Assembly: GCA_036172245.1 (NCBI GenBank) | Contig: JAYWIR010000072.1 | Span: 62,001 to 126,000, forward strand | Length of the DNA stretch: 64,000 nucleotides | From: Raillietiella orientalis | Taxonomy: Eukaryota | Direction: 5' to 3' | In this document: positions 26,401 to 39,400 of the stretch, piece by piece | Layout of the letters: each line of letters opens with the position of its first letter | How positions within the stretch are numbered: the stretch's first letter is position 1 | Notes under the pieces: model-generated | What the model saw: the letters and a program-made list of their open reading frames with translations, nothing else | Told to the model about the DNA's origin: nothing | The model's database searches: none | Position numbers and translations under genes: made by a program

Positions 26401-29400
26401 TGCCGGGACTCGCCACCTGCCGTCAAATACGCATCGCCAGCTGGAACGTCAACGGGCTTTGCGATGACGGCAGGAGACGAGACATAGCTGCCACCTTGCA
26501 AGCCTTCGACCTCGTGCTGCTGCAGGAGATCCATGAGATTTCCGCAGAACATGCGCGGGAGATCGAACGGATAGCAGGTGGTCAGCTTATGTGGCGATGC
26601 GGCCACCGCCGTACGCGCGGGGTCGCTTTCCTTCTGAAGCCTGCCTTACAACGCGCGGTGCGGAAAGTTCGTTTCGATGAGGCAGGTCGGGTCGGGCAAA
26701 TCACCTTCAGGTGGTCCGACTCCATCAATCTCGTCGTCACGAACGTGTACGCGCCGAGCGGCGGTCACGCGCGCGTGGCACGGACGGCGTTTTTCCGTGC
26801 GTTCAAGCGCGACTGACTGTCGGAGGCAGGCGCGCGCACGGCGCACCTGATAGCCGGCGATTTTAATATTCGCCTGCTATCAGGTGCGGCGAGGACAGAG
26901 GCCACCCCGGTAAACGAGATGTGCGCTGCGGTGCACGCATCCAACTTGTTAGCCGGGGATACCGGGATGGAACGGAGCGCGGACCACGTCTTCCTCGACG
27001 ATCACCTGCGCTGTCGCGTGGGCAGGCGAGGTAAGATACAGTCCGCAGTCTCCGACCACTCCCGTGTGGAACTCGTCAGTCGCCCGCGCGACAGGGGGCC
27101 CCCCGCGCAGGCGTGGCGTCTACCGAGGGACTGGCTGACCAACCCAGGCGCAGCGGAACACCTCCGCGCATTCTTGCGAGGTTTCAGCCTGCAGACGCTC
27201 GACGACTGGGACGATTTGACAGTCTCGGTGCGAAGGTTCTGCCAACAGTTCCCCATGGACCGTCTCTTTAAAGGATTTGGAGAAGGTGTTCGGAACGATA
27301 GGGCGGGAGTAACGACGGGGCTGCAGGCCCGTCGTTACTCCCGAACACCAGACATCCGAAGACTGGCGGAATTTAAAGCCGGGGCCGAGCGGCTTGCCTG
27401 GCAATCGGGGTCGCCCAGCCTGCTGGACGACGAAGGCCAAGAGCATTAGGCCCCGGCAGAGGTGAGTAGCCTAGTGCGCGGCTATTATTCTTCCCTGTAC
27501 ACCAGGGTGCCTCCGGACCGGGAATTTTCCCAATTTTTGCTTCCGGACGGTGCCCCGGCGATCGGGGAAGAAGAGAGAGTACGCCTGGACGAGCCTTTTA
27601 CGATGGGTGAAATCATCACCGCAATCGGGAAGCTGAAAAGGCGGAAGTCACCGGGGGAAGACGGCCTGCCCGCGGAGTTTTTTCAGTGCTTCGCGGCGGA
27701 GCTGGCTCCCCTGGTGCAGCGGCTACCGCTGATGATCCGGGAGACAGGAGACGTTCCCGCCTCCTTCCGATCGGCACGTATGCGTATCCTACCGAAAGGA
27801 GGAGACTTACGGAACCTCAGCAATTGGCGTCCGATTACCGTACTGAACGCGGACGCCAAGCTGGTTGCGAAGCTATGGTCGGAGCGAATGGGGCGGGTGG
27901 CGGAAAGCTTCATCAGCCCGGAGCAGACCTACGCTGTTCCCGGGCGAAGCATGGACGCCAACCTGCACTTCGCGAACACCTGGTTCGAACTTCAAAGAAC
28001 CAGAATGAATGGAGGAAACAAGGTCGGCAGCCCGATTTGCGGGACGTCCGCTGGTGGTTCGCGGGATAGTCGGGAGAGAGAAGGGGCCCTCGCGGTCGCT
28101 GTCGATTTGCGGATTGCATTCGACAGTGTCGACTAGGAGCTCCTGCTGGAGCTTCTTGAGCGCTTGGGCTTCCCGGCCTCCTTATTGGCCTTTCTGCGCT
28201 CTTGCTGGCGCGACGCGCTGACCAACATTTCTTTCAGGGGAAGGAACGTGTTCGGTGTGCCGGTGCGCCGCGGGATACGGCAGGGTGATAGCTTGAGCCC
28301 CTTGCTCTTCAGCACCTCCTTCGAGTTGGTGCTGAGGGCATTCAGGGAGACTCTTGGTCGCCTGCCGCCCGTGTGGCCAGGTACACCGGCCTTAGCGGCG
28401 TATGCGGACGATCTTCTGCTGCTGCTCCCCATGTCCACCCCGGCGTCGGCGGTCGAAAACTTTTTCGAGCTGCTGCGTCGCGGGACAGGACTGAAGGTGA
28501 ACAGAGCAAAGTCGTCCGTTGTTGCAGTCGGTTCCTCGTGGGCAGGGCAGCTAGACTGGTCTCGCTTGGGGATCCCCACGGTACGGTACCTTAAGTACCT
28601 CGGTGTGCCGTTGGGGGACTACTCCCCAGCGGAACAATGGTCTTGCTGCCTCCAAAAGTCCGAGAGAGCGATCGGCCCGTCCCTGGATGGCAAGTTCTTC
28701 TTGCCGGAACAGACCGTGCTGTGGAACACTTTCGTGGCCCCCCTGTTTCGCTCCTTGCTTTTTGTTTGTCCCCCACCCCGTGGTGTGAGAACACGTACAA
28801 AGGACCTCCTCAGAATCGCCATCTGGGGCAGAGGAAGGCCCCGCGCTTGTTGGAAGGACTTGTGCGCCCCTCGTCGCGATGGGGGCCTTGGCCTCCTCAC
28901 GCTGGAGCGCCTCGAACTGCAGCTGCAATTCCGAACAATCGCCCTAGTGGCGGAGTTGTGGAGCGCCAGCTGGTGCGAGCCTACACGATGCCTGGTTCAG
29001 CGAGTCGGCGGCTGCGCGGGACTGTCTACCTTCCTAGCGCGCCGCAAACGCCGGTACCTGCCTGCGGACTGGCACTTCGGCGAGTGGCAGAGCTGACCAG
29101 CAAGAGCACCTGGATCTCCTGCCGGCCCGCGAACGGCACTTCTTGGTTGCAGGAAAGCCTTCGCACGTGGGCCAGATCAGTGGAGGCGGAGTTGCGGCAG
29201 CGAATGCTGCACTCCTATCATAAGAGCCGCTCGCTGCAGGACATCATCGTGCAGCCCGCCTTGAGTGCGTGGGCTGAGAAGACCTCCCTTGCCACAGCTC
29301 TGTGTCACCTCAAAGAACATCTGGGCAGTAGCCAGCCGGCCATGTGGGAGGTCCCGTGTGCGATCAGGGACACTGAGAAAGAACAAGGTGGTTGGACCAC

Positions 29401-29990
29401 GGGTCAGCTTGCTGATGCCGCGATCCCAAGTTCCCCACCGAGAGGACTGTTGCGCTGGGGCGAGCTGCTGTGCATCCCGCGGGATGAACTCGAGTGGCCC
29501 CCAGTGCTGAGGAATACTCGGGCCCTCCCCCTAAAGTGGCAGGAGTCGGTGTTCCTGGTGTTGCACTGGGGACTCCCCAGCAACGCCCGCCGCTCTTATT
29601 GGACGAGGGGGGTTGTGGACCCAAACTGTGTCAGGTGCGGGGAACGAGAAACTCTCCCGCACCTGCTCGTTGACTGTGTTGCCCTTCGGCCCCTGTGGCT
29701 GCGCATTGCAACAGCCGTTGGTGCACCCTTGCACGCTCCCAGAGACGTTTTAAAGCGCCTCTTCGTGCGCGACGCCCTTTCGCCTGCCGCAGCCCTTGCA
29801 GCCCTCTGCTGCCTACGAGGGAGGAGAGGGCTTGGAGCACCGCCACTGGTGGACCGAACGATAGGGACATCTTGTGCTACGCCCTGCGCTTCCTGAGGAC
29901 GGCAGCCAGATGGACCCATCTGGGACACATGCAGTTTGAACTTGCCGGCATCCTGCAAAGGATGTAGAGGACGTCTCCAGCGGAACGTGA
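26400..29990 (+). pseudogene. Family G ORF2 APE-RT-CCHC, with a few stops and frameshifts
   Basis: Starts at TAATG; WNVNG, LQEIH, GDFN, SDH, KSPGEDG, RQGDSLSP, YADD and CVRCGERETLPHLLVDC. Confidence 0.9.
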
Positions 29991-31671
29991 TCCCTTCCCA
30001 AACCCCTCCCTGCTTTTGTAAATAGTGTTTTCTTTTTGTTTTTTTCTATTTGTCCCTTCCTTCTCCGCTGCCGAGTCGACCTAGGGAGCCTGCGTGCTGC
30101 CCACTCGGCGAGTTCAGAAGAACATGTACTGAACACTGTAGGGGAGATAGCCCTACACTTGCTTGTTTATTTTTTTTTTTTTATTAAAGAAATAAACGCC
30201 CCGGCGCACCCGGGTGTAAAAGCAGTGCCGACTGTTGCCACTTCATGAGAAGGGTGCGCGAGTTCATAAGCACCGGGGGCCACTCGAGATGTTCCTCTGG
30301 AACATCCAGTAGCTCTCCCCAGCGCAAGAGTCCATTTGGGGTGGTCCTCGGGGTCGCAGCGTTGGTGAGCTGACCCGTTCTCCAATCCCCGATCTTCTTT
30401 GCCCTGCTGGCGTTCTTGACAGTAACCTCCCATTGTGCCGCGACGTCGCTACCCAGATGTTCCCGTAGGATAGGCAGTACCGCAGCAAGGGAGGTTCTTT
30501 GAGCCCACGCTCTCCTTCATGGATCCTTGAAGATTTCTCGGAGCGTGTGGTGGGCGTGAGGCTTAAACAGAGCTATTTGCTCGTGTTGCGGGCTCTGCTC
30601 CTGAATCATCGCCCACTTGCGCACGGTTTTTTGCAGCCAGGCAGGACCGTTCGCGGGGTGTACGAGAATCCGCGCCCAGTTGTTCTTCACGAGCTTGGCC
30701 GCCCTCCGAAGTTGAAGTCCGCAATGGCAGATGGGGCTTCGGAGTGCGAAGTAGGACGAGAGTCCCGCATTGCCGGTGGCCCGCTCGACGAGGAGACGTG
30801 CAGGGAGGCACCAAGGGGTGCACCAATTTTCTGCCATCAAGGCGACAACTCGGAACTGGAGCTGTATCTCAAGCCGCTCAGACGTCAGGAGGCCCAGACC
30901 ACCATCCCGACGAGGAGCGCACAAGTCCGAAAGACCGACTCAGGGCCTCCCTCTGCCTTAAAGGGCGATCCTCAGGAGGTGCTCCGTCCTCTTCTTTGAC
31001 TCCGCTGAGGGGGGGCAAACAAAAAGCAAGGGGCGAAGGAGGGGGGCCGCAAACGCGTTCCACGCCGCGGCCCGTTCCTGCAGGAAGAACCTGCCGTCCT
31101 GGAAGGGGCCGATCGCCGCCTCAGCCTTCTGAAGGCAGCCGGATCACGCTTCCGCAGGGGAGTAATCCCCCAACGGCACACCAAGGTACTTGAAGTACCT
31201 CACCGTGGGGATCCTCAAACGGACCCAGTCCTGCTGCCGTACCCACGCCGCTCCGACTGGCATTACGGACGACTTCGCCCTGTTCACCGTCAGTCCTGTT
31301 CCCCGACTCATCAGGTCGAAGAACCCTCGACCGCCGCACCCGGGGTGGACATAGGCAGCAGCAGCAGAAGGTCTTCCGCGTACGCCGAAACCGCAGGCGC
31401 AACGGCACAATCGCACGGAAGTTGCGAAAGGCTCCCTGTACGCTCTCAGCACCAATTCGAAATAGGCGCTGAAGAGCAAGGGGCTGAGGCTGTCAACCTT
31501 CCGCATGCCGCGTCGCACCGGTACGCCGTACACGGTTGATCCACTGAAAAAACATCAATAAGCGCGTCGCGCCAGCTAAAGCGCAGGTGGACCAGCAAAG
31601 AGGCTGGGAAGTCCAAGCGTTCCAGAAGCTCCAAAAGGAGATTCTGGTCGATGCAATCGAATGCTTTATGG

Positions 31672-31908
31672 CCGAAACCCTAATGGTCATCTAACCCGCC
31701 TCGGAAGAGGCGGGTTTCCCCACACAGTCATCTTCCCGGCAGTGATGGCGGGAATCTCCTCCCGCCGTCGTGTGCACATTGCCGTAAGGATCGTAAACGG
31801 CGTAACAGACGACGGCAGGAGACGAGACATGGCCGCCATTCTACAATCGTTCGACCTTGCGCTGCTGCAGAAGATCCATGTGATCTCTTCAGAACAAGCG
31901 CAGGATAA
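31672..31908 (+). mobile_element. Family D fragment (end of ORF1, TGATG, start of APE)
   Basis: Paralogous to ~7545-7765. Confidence 0.75.
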
Positions 31909-34735
31909 TTCTCACGCGGTCACGCCGGGGCGTTTATTCCATACAACATAAACAAAAGCAATTATATCAAATAAACCAGTTGGGAACCAAACTCCCAACC
32001 GACGACAGAACAAGAATGAAGAGAATATTGCTGGCACGCAGGCCAGAGTAACAGTTTTGCAAAAGGTGTGGGGGGGCGGGGAACACAAAGAAACCAAAAT
32101 AAAATAAAAACAGTGAATAAGCAGGACGCGTTAAGGGTCTTTGGGATCGCTATGCAAGACACGGGAATGAAAGCATGGGCACCGGAAATTTCACCGAGCG
32201 AACAAGGACGGGATAGGGGTGGGCGAGAGGTCGCAAGAGTCACCGGATGACGCCGTTCTAAAAGGTCTGTAAACCAGCGATGTATGCCGCTGATGTCCTC
32301 ATTCACCTTGTCACGAAATTGAGACCACCTTGAAGCCTTCTCAATGAATTAAGCTGCAAGCAGGTGAGCCTCCCTTCGCGGCGCTGACAACTCCAGGGCG
32401 TAGCGGGCCTTCACAATGGCGCGAACGCAACACATGGTTGCGACAATCGCGCCAACCGAAAGTCCATTTCTGTTGAAGAAGCGCCGCAGCACATCAATGG
32501 CAGTGCCTTCTTGTGGCATGACGGCCGAAGTAAGCTTTCGCTACAGTTCTCGAAGGTCATCGCAGTCCAGCAGAAGGTGCGGAAAAGACTCGATCTCTCC
32601 TCACCTTAAACAGTTTGGCAAAGCAGCTCCCCCGGAAACGATGCTTCGCTGCCTATTACAGTGTAATGCACAATGTAAAAAGAGCAGCACATCTTGTTTC
32701 CACTTAAGGGGGAACACGGAGCTGCTCAAACAAACGGGAGGAACCACTATCTCTTCGGCGGGCACAATTAAATGTTCGCTTCACCGAAGCAGGTCCTTAG
32801 CCCGATTCCCAGGAGTGGCGGCTTGCATGAGCTCCTTTGTCGTCTAGCTGCCGAGGAGCTTACTGACTCCCGCTAATTTGCAGAACTTTCATTCCGCTAG
32901 TAGGCAACCGTCGTTGCTTGCCCTGAGGGCAGACAGCGCTGCGGCGAGTAGTGTGCGGCCACACGATCCGACATCTTCTTGTCCTGCATGACTTCGTCCA
33001 TTTGATGACTGAGGAGAAGCCGCAAGCGTCGAAGATCTTCCGGGCGCGTTTCTCCGGAAGCTGCCCTTGATAACAAAGATTCCTGCCGTCATGCATTTAT
33101 GTTCATGGGGCGGCAGGAGATCCAGCTTTGGGCTTACAGCAGTGAGCAGAGCTGCCTCAACGGGAAGACAAACCCTATTCTGGGGTGCCCAAAGTAATGT
33201 AGCAACGTAAGCAGTCTCTCGCTTCCTGTGCAGTGCCTCAGTATAAAGCGTGCGGTTAAGCACCACGGCGTCCAACACAGCTTGACACAGAGCCGCAGCA
33301 TGCGAAACTGCACCTGCAGTTCCATGCTGTTTTAGTCGAGGATGCCCAAGCCTGCATCCTGACGCGGCACCAATAATTCTTCAAGTGTCAAACGGGATCT
33401 TCCAGCGAACCACAACGTTTTGCATAGAAGGCGCTGCATCCAAACTTTGACTTTTTGGGGGGGTGGACAAACAAAAAAACAGGGGGCGGAGGAGAAGAGT
33501 AGCGAAGGTGTTCCAGAAGCAGGTCCGTTCCGACAAGACTAACTCGCCTCCTGAAAACGGGCCAAGTGCACGCTCTGCCTTCCGAAGGCAGTCCGACAAC
33601 GCTTCTGAGATGCAGAAGTCGCCCAACGGCACGCCAAGGTTCCTGAGGTACCTGCCCGTGGGGATCCCCAGGCCGATCCAGTCGGACTGCCCCTACCACG
33701 TCGCATCCACCGGAACAACCATACACTTACTCCTGTTAACGCTCACGCCCGCACAACGACGAATCAACTCAAAGAAGTCTTCAAGCGATGTCGCCAGGGT
33801 GGACATGGGCAACAGGAGAAGCAGGTCGTCGGCATAGGCTGCCACGACCGGCGTACCTGGACAGGAGCACGGCAGGTTGGCTAGCGTCAGCCTCTAAGCC
33901 TCTAGCACCAATTCAAAATAAATGCTGAAGAGCAGTGGGCTTAACCTGTTACCCTGCCTAATTCGTTGTCGTACCGGCACGCCGTACACGCGACAGCCAC
34001 TGAAAACAATAAATGTAATCGCGTGGCGCCAGCAGGAGCGCAAGTACGCCAACAGGGATGCCGGAAGACCCAGACGTTCCAAAAGCTCAAGAAGAAGCTT
34101 TTGGTTCACGCAATGGAAAGCTTTGTGCAGATCGACTGCAACCGCCAGGGTTCCCGGGTTCTCCCTTTGCGTCCCGCGCCTCCGTCGGTGAGAGATCAAA
34201 GGCGTCGCTTCCGCAAGACGATCCACCGCCACACAATGCTGCAATTGCAGCCATGTGCGGATGAACAAGAGATTCGCGTCCATGGACCGTCCAGGAACAG
34301 CGTACGTCTGCTCCGGACTTACCAAGGATTCGGCGATCCTACCCATACGCGCCACCCAAAGTTTCGAGAACAACTTGACAGTCCGAATTCACTAATGTGA
34401 TCGGACGCCAGTTGTTCAGTTGGCGCAAATCTCCGCCTTTCGGCAGTAGACGCACCTTTGCTGAGCGAAACGAGGCGGGGACATCGCCCGAGGCTCGCAT
34501 CAGTGACGAGAGTTGGAGCACCAGGGGGATGAGCTCCGCCGCAAAACACTGAAAGAATTCCGCGGGGAGCCCATCTTCGCCTGCCGCTTTTCGTCTCTTG
34601 AGCCCCGAGATGGCCGAGGAAATTTCCTCTGCCGTGAAGGGTCCATGAAGACGCCCGCGTTCCTCCTCGTCTGCAACAGGTGCATCAATCGGCAGAAGCA
34701 GCCGGGAGAGGCTGCGTTTCGTCGGTGCCTCTTCC
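31909..34735 (-). mobile_element. Family E copy 2 (RT to 3' end), degenerate
   Basis: Collinear with 7766-10590; 3' motif at 31913-31938 (-). Confidence 0.88.
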
Positions 34736-34744
34736 GGCTGCTTC

Positions 34745-35670
34745 TGTTGATCCGAGAAGCTGGATCCACCAGCGGTCCAGAGTTACCCTACAACGAATCC
34801 AGGAGTGGAAACGAGGAGGGTACCTACATCACACTCGTATACTTACGTATATAGAGATGATGTTAGCAAGGTTAACCCACATGACTCGCGAATTGTGGTT
34901 TAACCACAACGACTTTGCGTGTTTCAGGGTAACCAAAACAAACCTCCGAAGACTAATTCAAGAAGAAAACAGTGATATCAGTGCCCTCCAGGGAGCCGCC
35001 CTTCGCTACGGGAGTGACCGGATCAACCTGTTAGCGATTGGCACGACGCTCTGGAGGAGTGACCTTCCGCCGGGCACTCACGATGACCTCCTGATGTTTA
35101 ATCATGGAGGAATCCAGAGTGGGACCCGATTGCAGCACTACACTGGGAGAAGGCAAGATCGAGACTGCACAGCATGTGGAGACACCGACACGAGACTTCA
35201 CGTCTTGACGTGTCCCGCATTGCTGCATGACTATCTGATTCTGAAAAGGATCATCGGACTCACCACCAGGTCCGTAATGGAGATCCTCGCCGGGATGTTT
35301 CAGGGGGATGGTAATGTTCCCTGTTACAATCCCATGGTGAGGACGACCTTCGCCCTGTTCATCACCGCCATACTTGTGCGGTGGTGGAAAATGAGGAAAG
35401 TCAGAAGAGCCGCACCACCGATGGAGATCCTACAAGGGCTCCTGAAGAGGGAAATCGGCATTAGAAACTGTAGGGAAATCCAAGCCTAGACGTACCGATT
35501 CATCCTGAAGAGGATAGAACTCGACGTCCGGGACCAAACAGCAGGAAACCCACCATGAGTGCAGAACTTCTGAACCCATGGACTTCATAGTGCAAAAGAC
35601 AGTGCAAATGGTATGAATGAGACTATAGAGTGTATGTTCTTTTACAAAAATTTTTGAAAAATAAATTTAC
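34745..35670 (+). mobile_element. 3' part of family B, copy 2
   Basis: Collinear with ~15310-16235; CTACGDTDTRLHVLTC. Confidence 0.85.
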
Positions 35671-35674
35671 CGCA

Positions 35675-36360
35675 CCCCTTGTGAGATTTGGGGAAACCTG
35701 CGGAGTCGGCGATGGGGCGACTGCGTACAGCATGCTTTTGCTCGTCGCGACGCTACTTTTACGACTTTCGTAGCCTTTGCAGAGGGGCCTGCGCTACAGT
35801 GTGGCTGTCCGGAACTCGGAAAGGACAACGGAACAAGGCAAGAAGTCTTCGCACTGTTGCGATTTTCCTGTTTTTCTACATTTCCCTCCAGAGTGTTACG
35901 GAGATTTCCTGGTTCCTCGCTCGGAGACGTGCCTGCGAGTTCGGCAGAGAGGGAAGGCATGGCACGCGTCAAACCCTCGCGCACTTTTTAAATTGGCTTC
36001 CCCGCCGTCACTTTCCCCTTTCGGGGCATTGCGGGCGGGGATGCTTTCTTTTCTTCCGCGGATTGCTCGTTTTTTTTTCCTTGTTTTTGCGGTCGACGTT
36101 CTTTATTTGCCGCAGCGGCTTTTCGTGCAGTGGTCTCTTGCACCCGACGAATTTCCGCTAAGGCTCTTCTTCTTGCAAGTACCGGGCACTTTTTGATTTC
36201 GTGACCGGCATCTTTGCAATAGCGGCATCTTGGACAGGAGCACTCTTTAATTCGGTGCCCATCCTTGCCGCACTGCTCGCACGCGCGAGTCTGACCTATG
36301 AACCACAGGTAAACGACGTTGCCGTTCACCTGCAGCTGCTCGGGCACAACACGCCTGTTC
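35675..36360 (-). pseudogene. ORF1 fragment with two zinc knuckles
   Basis: LWFIGQTRACEQCGKDGHRIKEC..CRYCKDAGHEIKKC. Confidence 0.8.
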
Positions 36361-36411
36361 GTGACGGTGATCCGCGCGGAGGCTTGTCCGATGTGGAGAA
36401 GTTGGACAGTG

Positions 36412-39400
36412 GATGGCGACAGTTCTGCTCGACGACCACGACCTTGAATGCTCGGCTCCAGTCGAAGTTTGCCACCCGGATATGCCGGGGCATTTATTAT
36501 TCTAATTTTCTACAAAAATTAGATAATAAAGTCTTTCAAAAGTTAATTGTGGGAAACACTTGGTTTTCCCAGCTTGGTTGACGTGTCTGTTGCCGGTGCA
36601 TAGACCGGTTAGGTCCATTCCCGAGGCGCATGGGAAGGGAAAACTAAAACAAAAACAAACAAAAAGAGAGATAACGGGGAGGGAAACAGTTGTATGGGGA
36701 GAGGGGGGGGGCAGGGAAGGGATCACTGAGCGCCTGGGTCGGTCCTCCGCTTCCTGTTCAGGATGCAGTCAAGTTCTGTTTTAACTCTGAAAGGTAGACG
36801 CCACCTTGTCGCCGTCTCTAAAGAGATCGTAGTTCAGTGGATGGCGTCCCTGCATCTTGGGCCTCTTCTTCTGGCGTGCCACCTTTGCACAATGCCGTGC
36901 ACGCAGCAGAGGACTGCTAGAGACGCGGCGGGGCGCAGGCCGTCACGCAGAAAGAGGCGACGGTAAATTTCCTTAGGGTCGCCTACTGGAAGATGGAGGA
37001 TTGGGGCGATTCGACTCCAGAGTCCATCCAGGGCGACACACTCGAGGGTGAGATGCGGGAAGGTTTCTCTTTCTCCGCACTCGACACAGCGGGCATCCAC
37101 ATTTCCCAGTGTCCAGTGAGACAGGCGTGCTCTGCTTAACAGTCCCCAGTCCAGTCGGAGTGCGACGGATAGTCAGGGGCTATTACTCTTCTCTGTATCC
37201 AGAGTCACCGACGGAACGCAGCCTCTCCCGGCTGCTTCTGCCGATTGACGCACCTGTTGTAGACGAGGAGGAGCGCGCGCGTCTCGATAAGCCCTTAACG
37301 GCAGAGGAAGCTTCCTCGGCCATCTCAGGGCTCAAGAGACGAAAAGCGCCAGGCGAAGATGGTCTCCCCGCGGAATTCTTTCAGTGTTTTGCGGCCGAGC
37401 TCATCCCCCTGGTGCTCCAACTGTCGTCGCTAATGCGAGACTCGGGCGATGTTCCCCCCTCGTTTCGCTCAGCGAAGGTGCGTCTCCTGCCGAAAGGCGG
37501 AGACTTGCGCCAACTGAACAACTGGCGTCCGATCACATTAGTGAATTCGGACGTCAAGTTGTCCTCGAAACTTAGAGTGGCGCGGATGGGTAAGATCGCG
37601 GAATCCTTGGTAAGTCCGGAGCAGACGTACGCAGTTCCTGGGCGGTCCATGGACGCGAATCTCTTGTTCATCCGCACATGGCTGCAATTGAAGTATCGTG
37701 TCGCGGTGGATCGTAGTGCGGAAGCGACGCCTTCGATCTCTCACCGACGGAGGCGCGGGACGCAAAGGGAGAAACCGGGAGCCTTGGCGGTTGCAGTCGA
37801 TTTGCACAAAGCTTTCCATTGCGTGAACCAAAATCTTCTTCTTGAGCTTTTGGAACGTCTGGTTCTTCCGGCATCCCTGTTGGCGTACTTGCGCTCCTGC
37901 TGGCGCCACGCGATTACATCCATTGTTTTCAGTGGCTGTCGCGTGTACGGCGTGCCGGTACGACGAGGAATTAGGCAGGGTGACAGCTTAAGCCCACTGC
38001 TCTTCAGCATCTATGTTGAATTGGTGCTGGAGGCTTACAGACTGACGCTAACCAACCTGCCGAGCTCCTGTCCAGGTACGCCGGCCGTGGCAGCCTATGC
38101 CGACGACCTGCTTCTCCTGTTGCCCATGTCCACCCCGGCGACATCGCTTGAAGACTTCTTTGGGTTGATTCGTCGCGGTGCGGGCGTGAGCGTTAACAGG
38201 AGTAAGTGTATGGTTGTTCCGGTGGGTGCGACGTGGGAGGGGCAGTCCGACTGGATCGACCTGGGGATCCCCACGGGCAGGTACCTCAGGTACCTTGGCG
38301 TGCCGTGGGGCGACTTCTGCATCTCAGAAGCGTGGTCGGACTGCCTTCGGAAGGCAGAGCCTGCACCTGGCCCGTTTTCAGGAGGCGAGTTCGTCTTGCC
38401 GGAACGGGCCTGCATCTGGAACACCTTCGTTGTGCCCCTCCTCCGCCCCCTGTTTTTTGTTTGTCCATACCCCCAGGAAGTCAAAGTCTGGGCGCAGCGC
38501 CTTCTACGCAAAGCGTTGTGGGGCGCTGCAAGATCCCGTGTTAGACTTAAGGAGTTGGTGGCGCTGCGTCAGGATGCAGGCTTGGGCATCTTCGACTTAA
38601 ACAGCATCGAACTGCAGCTGCAGTTCCGCATGCTGCGGCTCTGTGCCAAGCTGTAGTGTACGCCGTGGTGCTTACCCGTACGCCTTATACTGAGGCGCTG
38701 CACGGGAAGCAAGGGACTACTTTCGTTGCTACCCCACTTTCGGCACACCAGAATAGGGTTTGGCTTCTTGCTGAGGCAGCTGTGCTCACTGCAGGAAGCC
38801 CCAATCTGGATCTCCTGCCGCTCCATGAACATTATTGCATGGCGGCAGGAATCTTTTTCATCGTGGGCAGCTTCCGAAGGAACACGGCCGGAAGATCTTC
38901 GACGCCTGCGCCTTCTCCTCAGTCATCAAATGGACGAAGTCATGCAGGACAAGAAGTTATCGGATCGTCTGGCCGCCACACCACTCGCCGAAGCGCTGTC
39001 TGCCCCTAGGGCAAGCAACGACGGTTGCCTATTAACGGAATGGGAGTTCTCCTGCAAAATACCGGGAGTCAGTAAGCTCTTCGGCAGCTGGACGACAAAG
39101 GAGCTGATGCAAGCCGCCACTCCTCGGAATCGGGCGAGGGGCCTGCTTCGGTGGAGCGAACATTTAGGTGTGCCTTCCGGAGAGATAGTGGTTTCCCACG
39201 TTTGTTTTGACAGCTCCGTGTTCCCCCTTAAGTTGAAACAAGATGTGCTGCTCTTTTTACATTGTGCATTACCCTGTAATAGGCAGCGAAGCATCGTTTC
39301 CGGGGGAGCTGCTTTGCAAAACTGTTAAAGGTGCGGAGAGATCGAGTCTTTTCCGCACCTTTTGCTGGACTGCGGTGTCCTCCGGGAACTGTGGAAAAGG

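Larger units (their letters stand above)
24720..30220 (+). mobile_element. Full-length family G element (~5.5 kb) with 12-bp TSD (2 mismatches)
   Basis: AGCAGCGACGAC (24708-24719) vs AGCAGTGCCGAC (30221-30232); 5' AGACGTG at 24724; 3' motif at 30191-30216. Confidence 0.9.
24062..31671 (-). mobile_element. Family F element (RT from HKAFD to 3' end), interrupted by G at 24720-30220
   Basis: The minus-strand reading KWQQSALL (near 30221) resumes as LLVLH.GLPCN (near 24719); 3' motif at 24067-24091 (-); HKAFDCIDQ at ~31650-31670. Confidence 0.85.
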
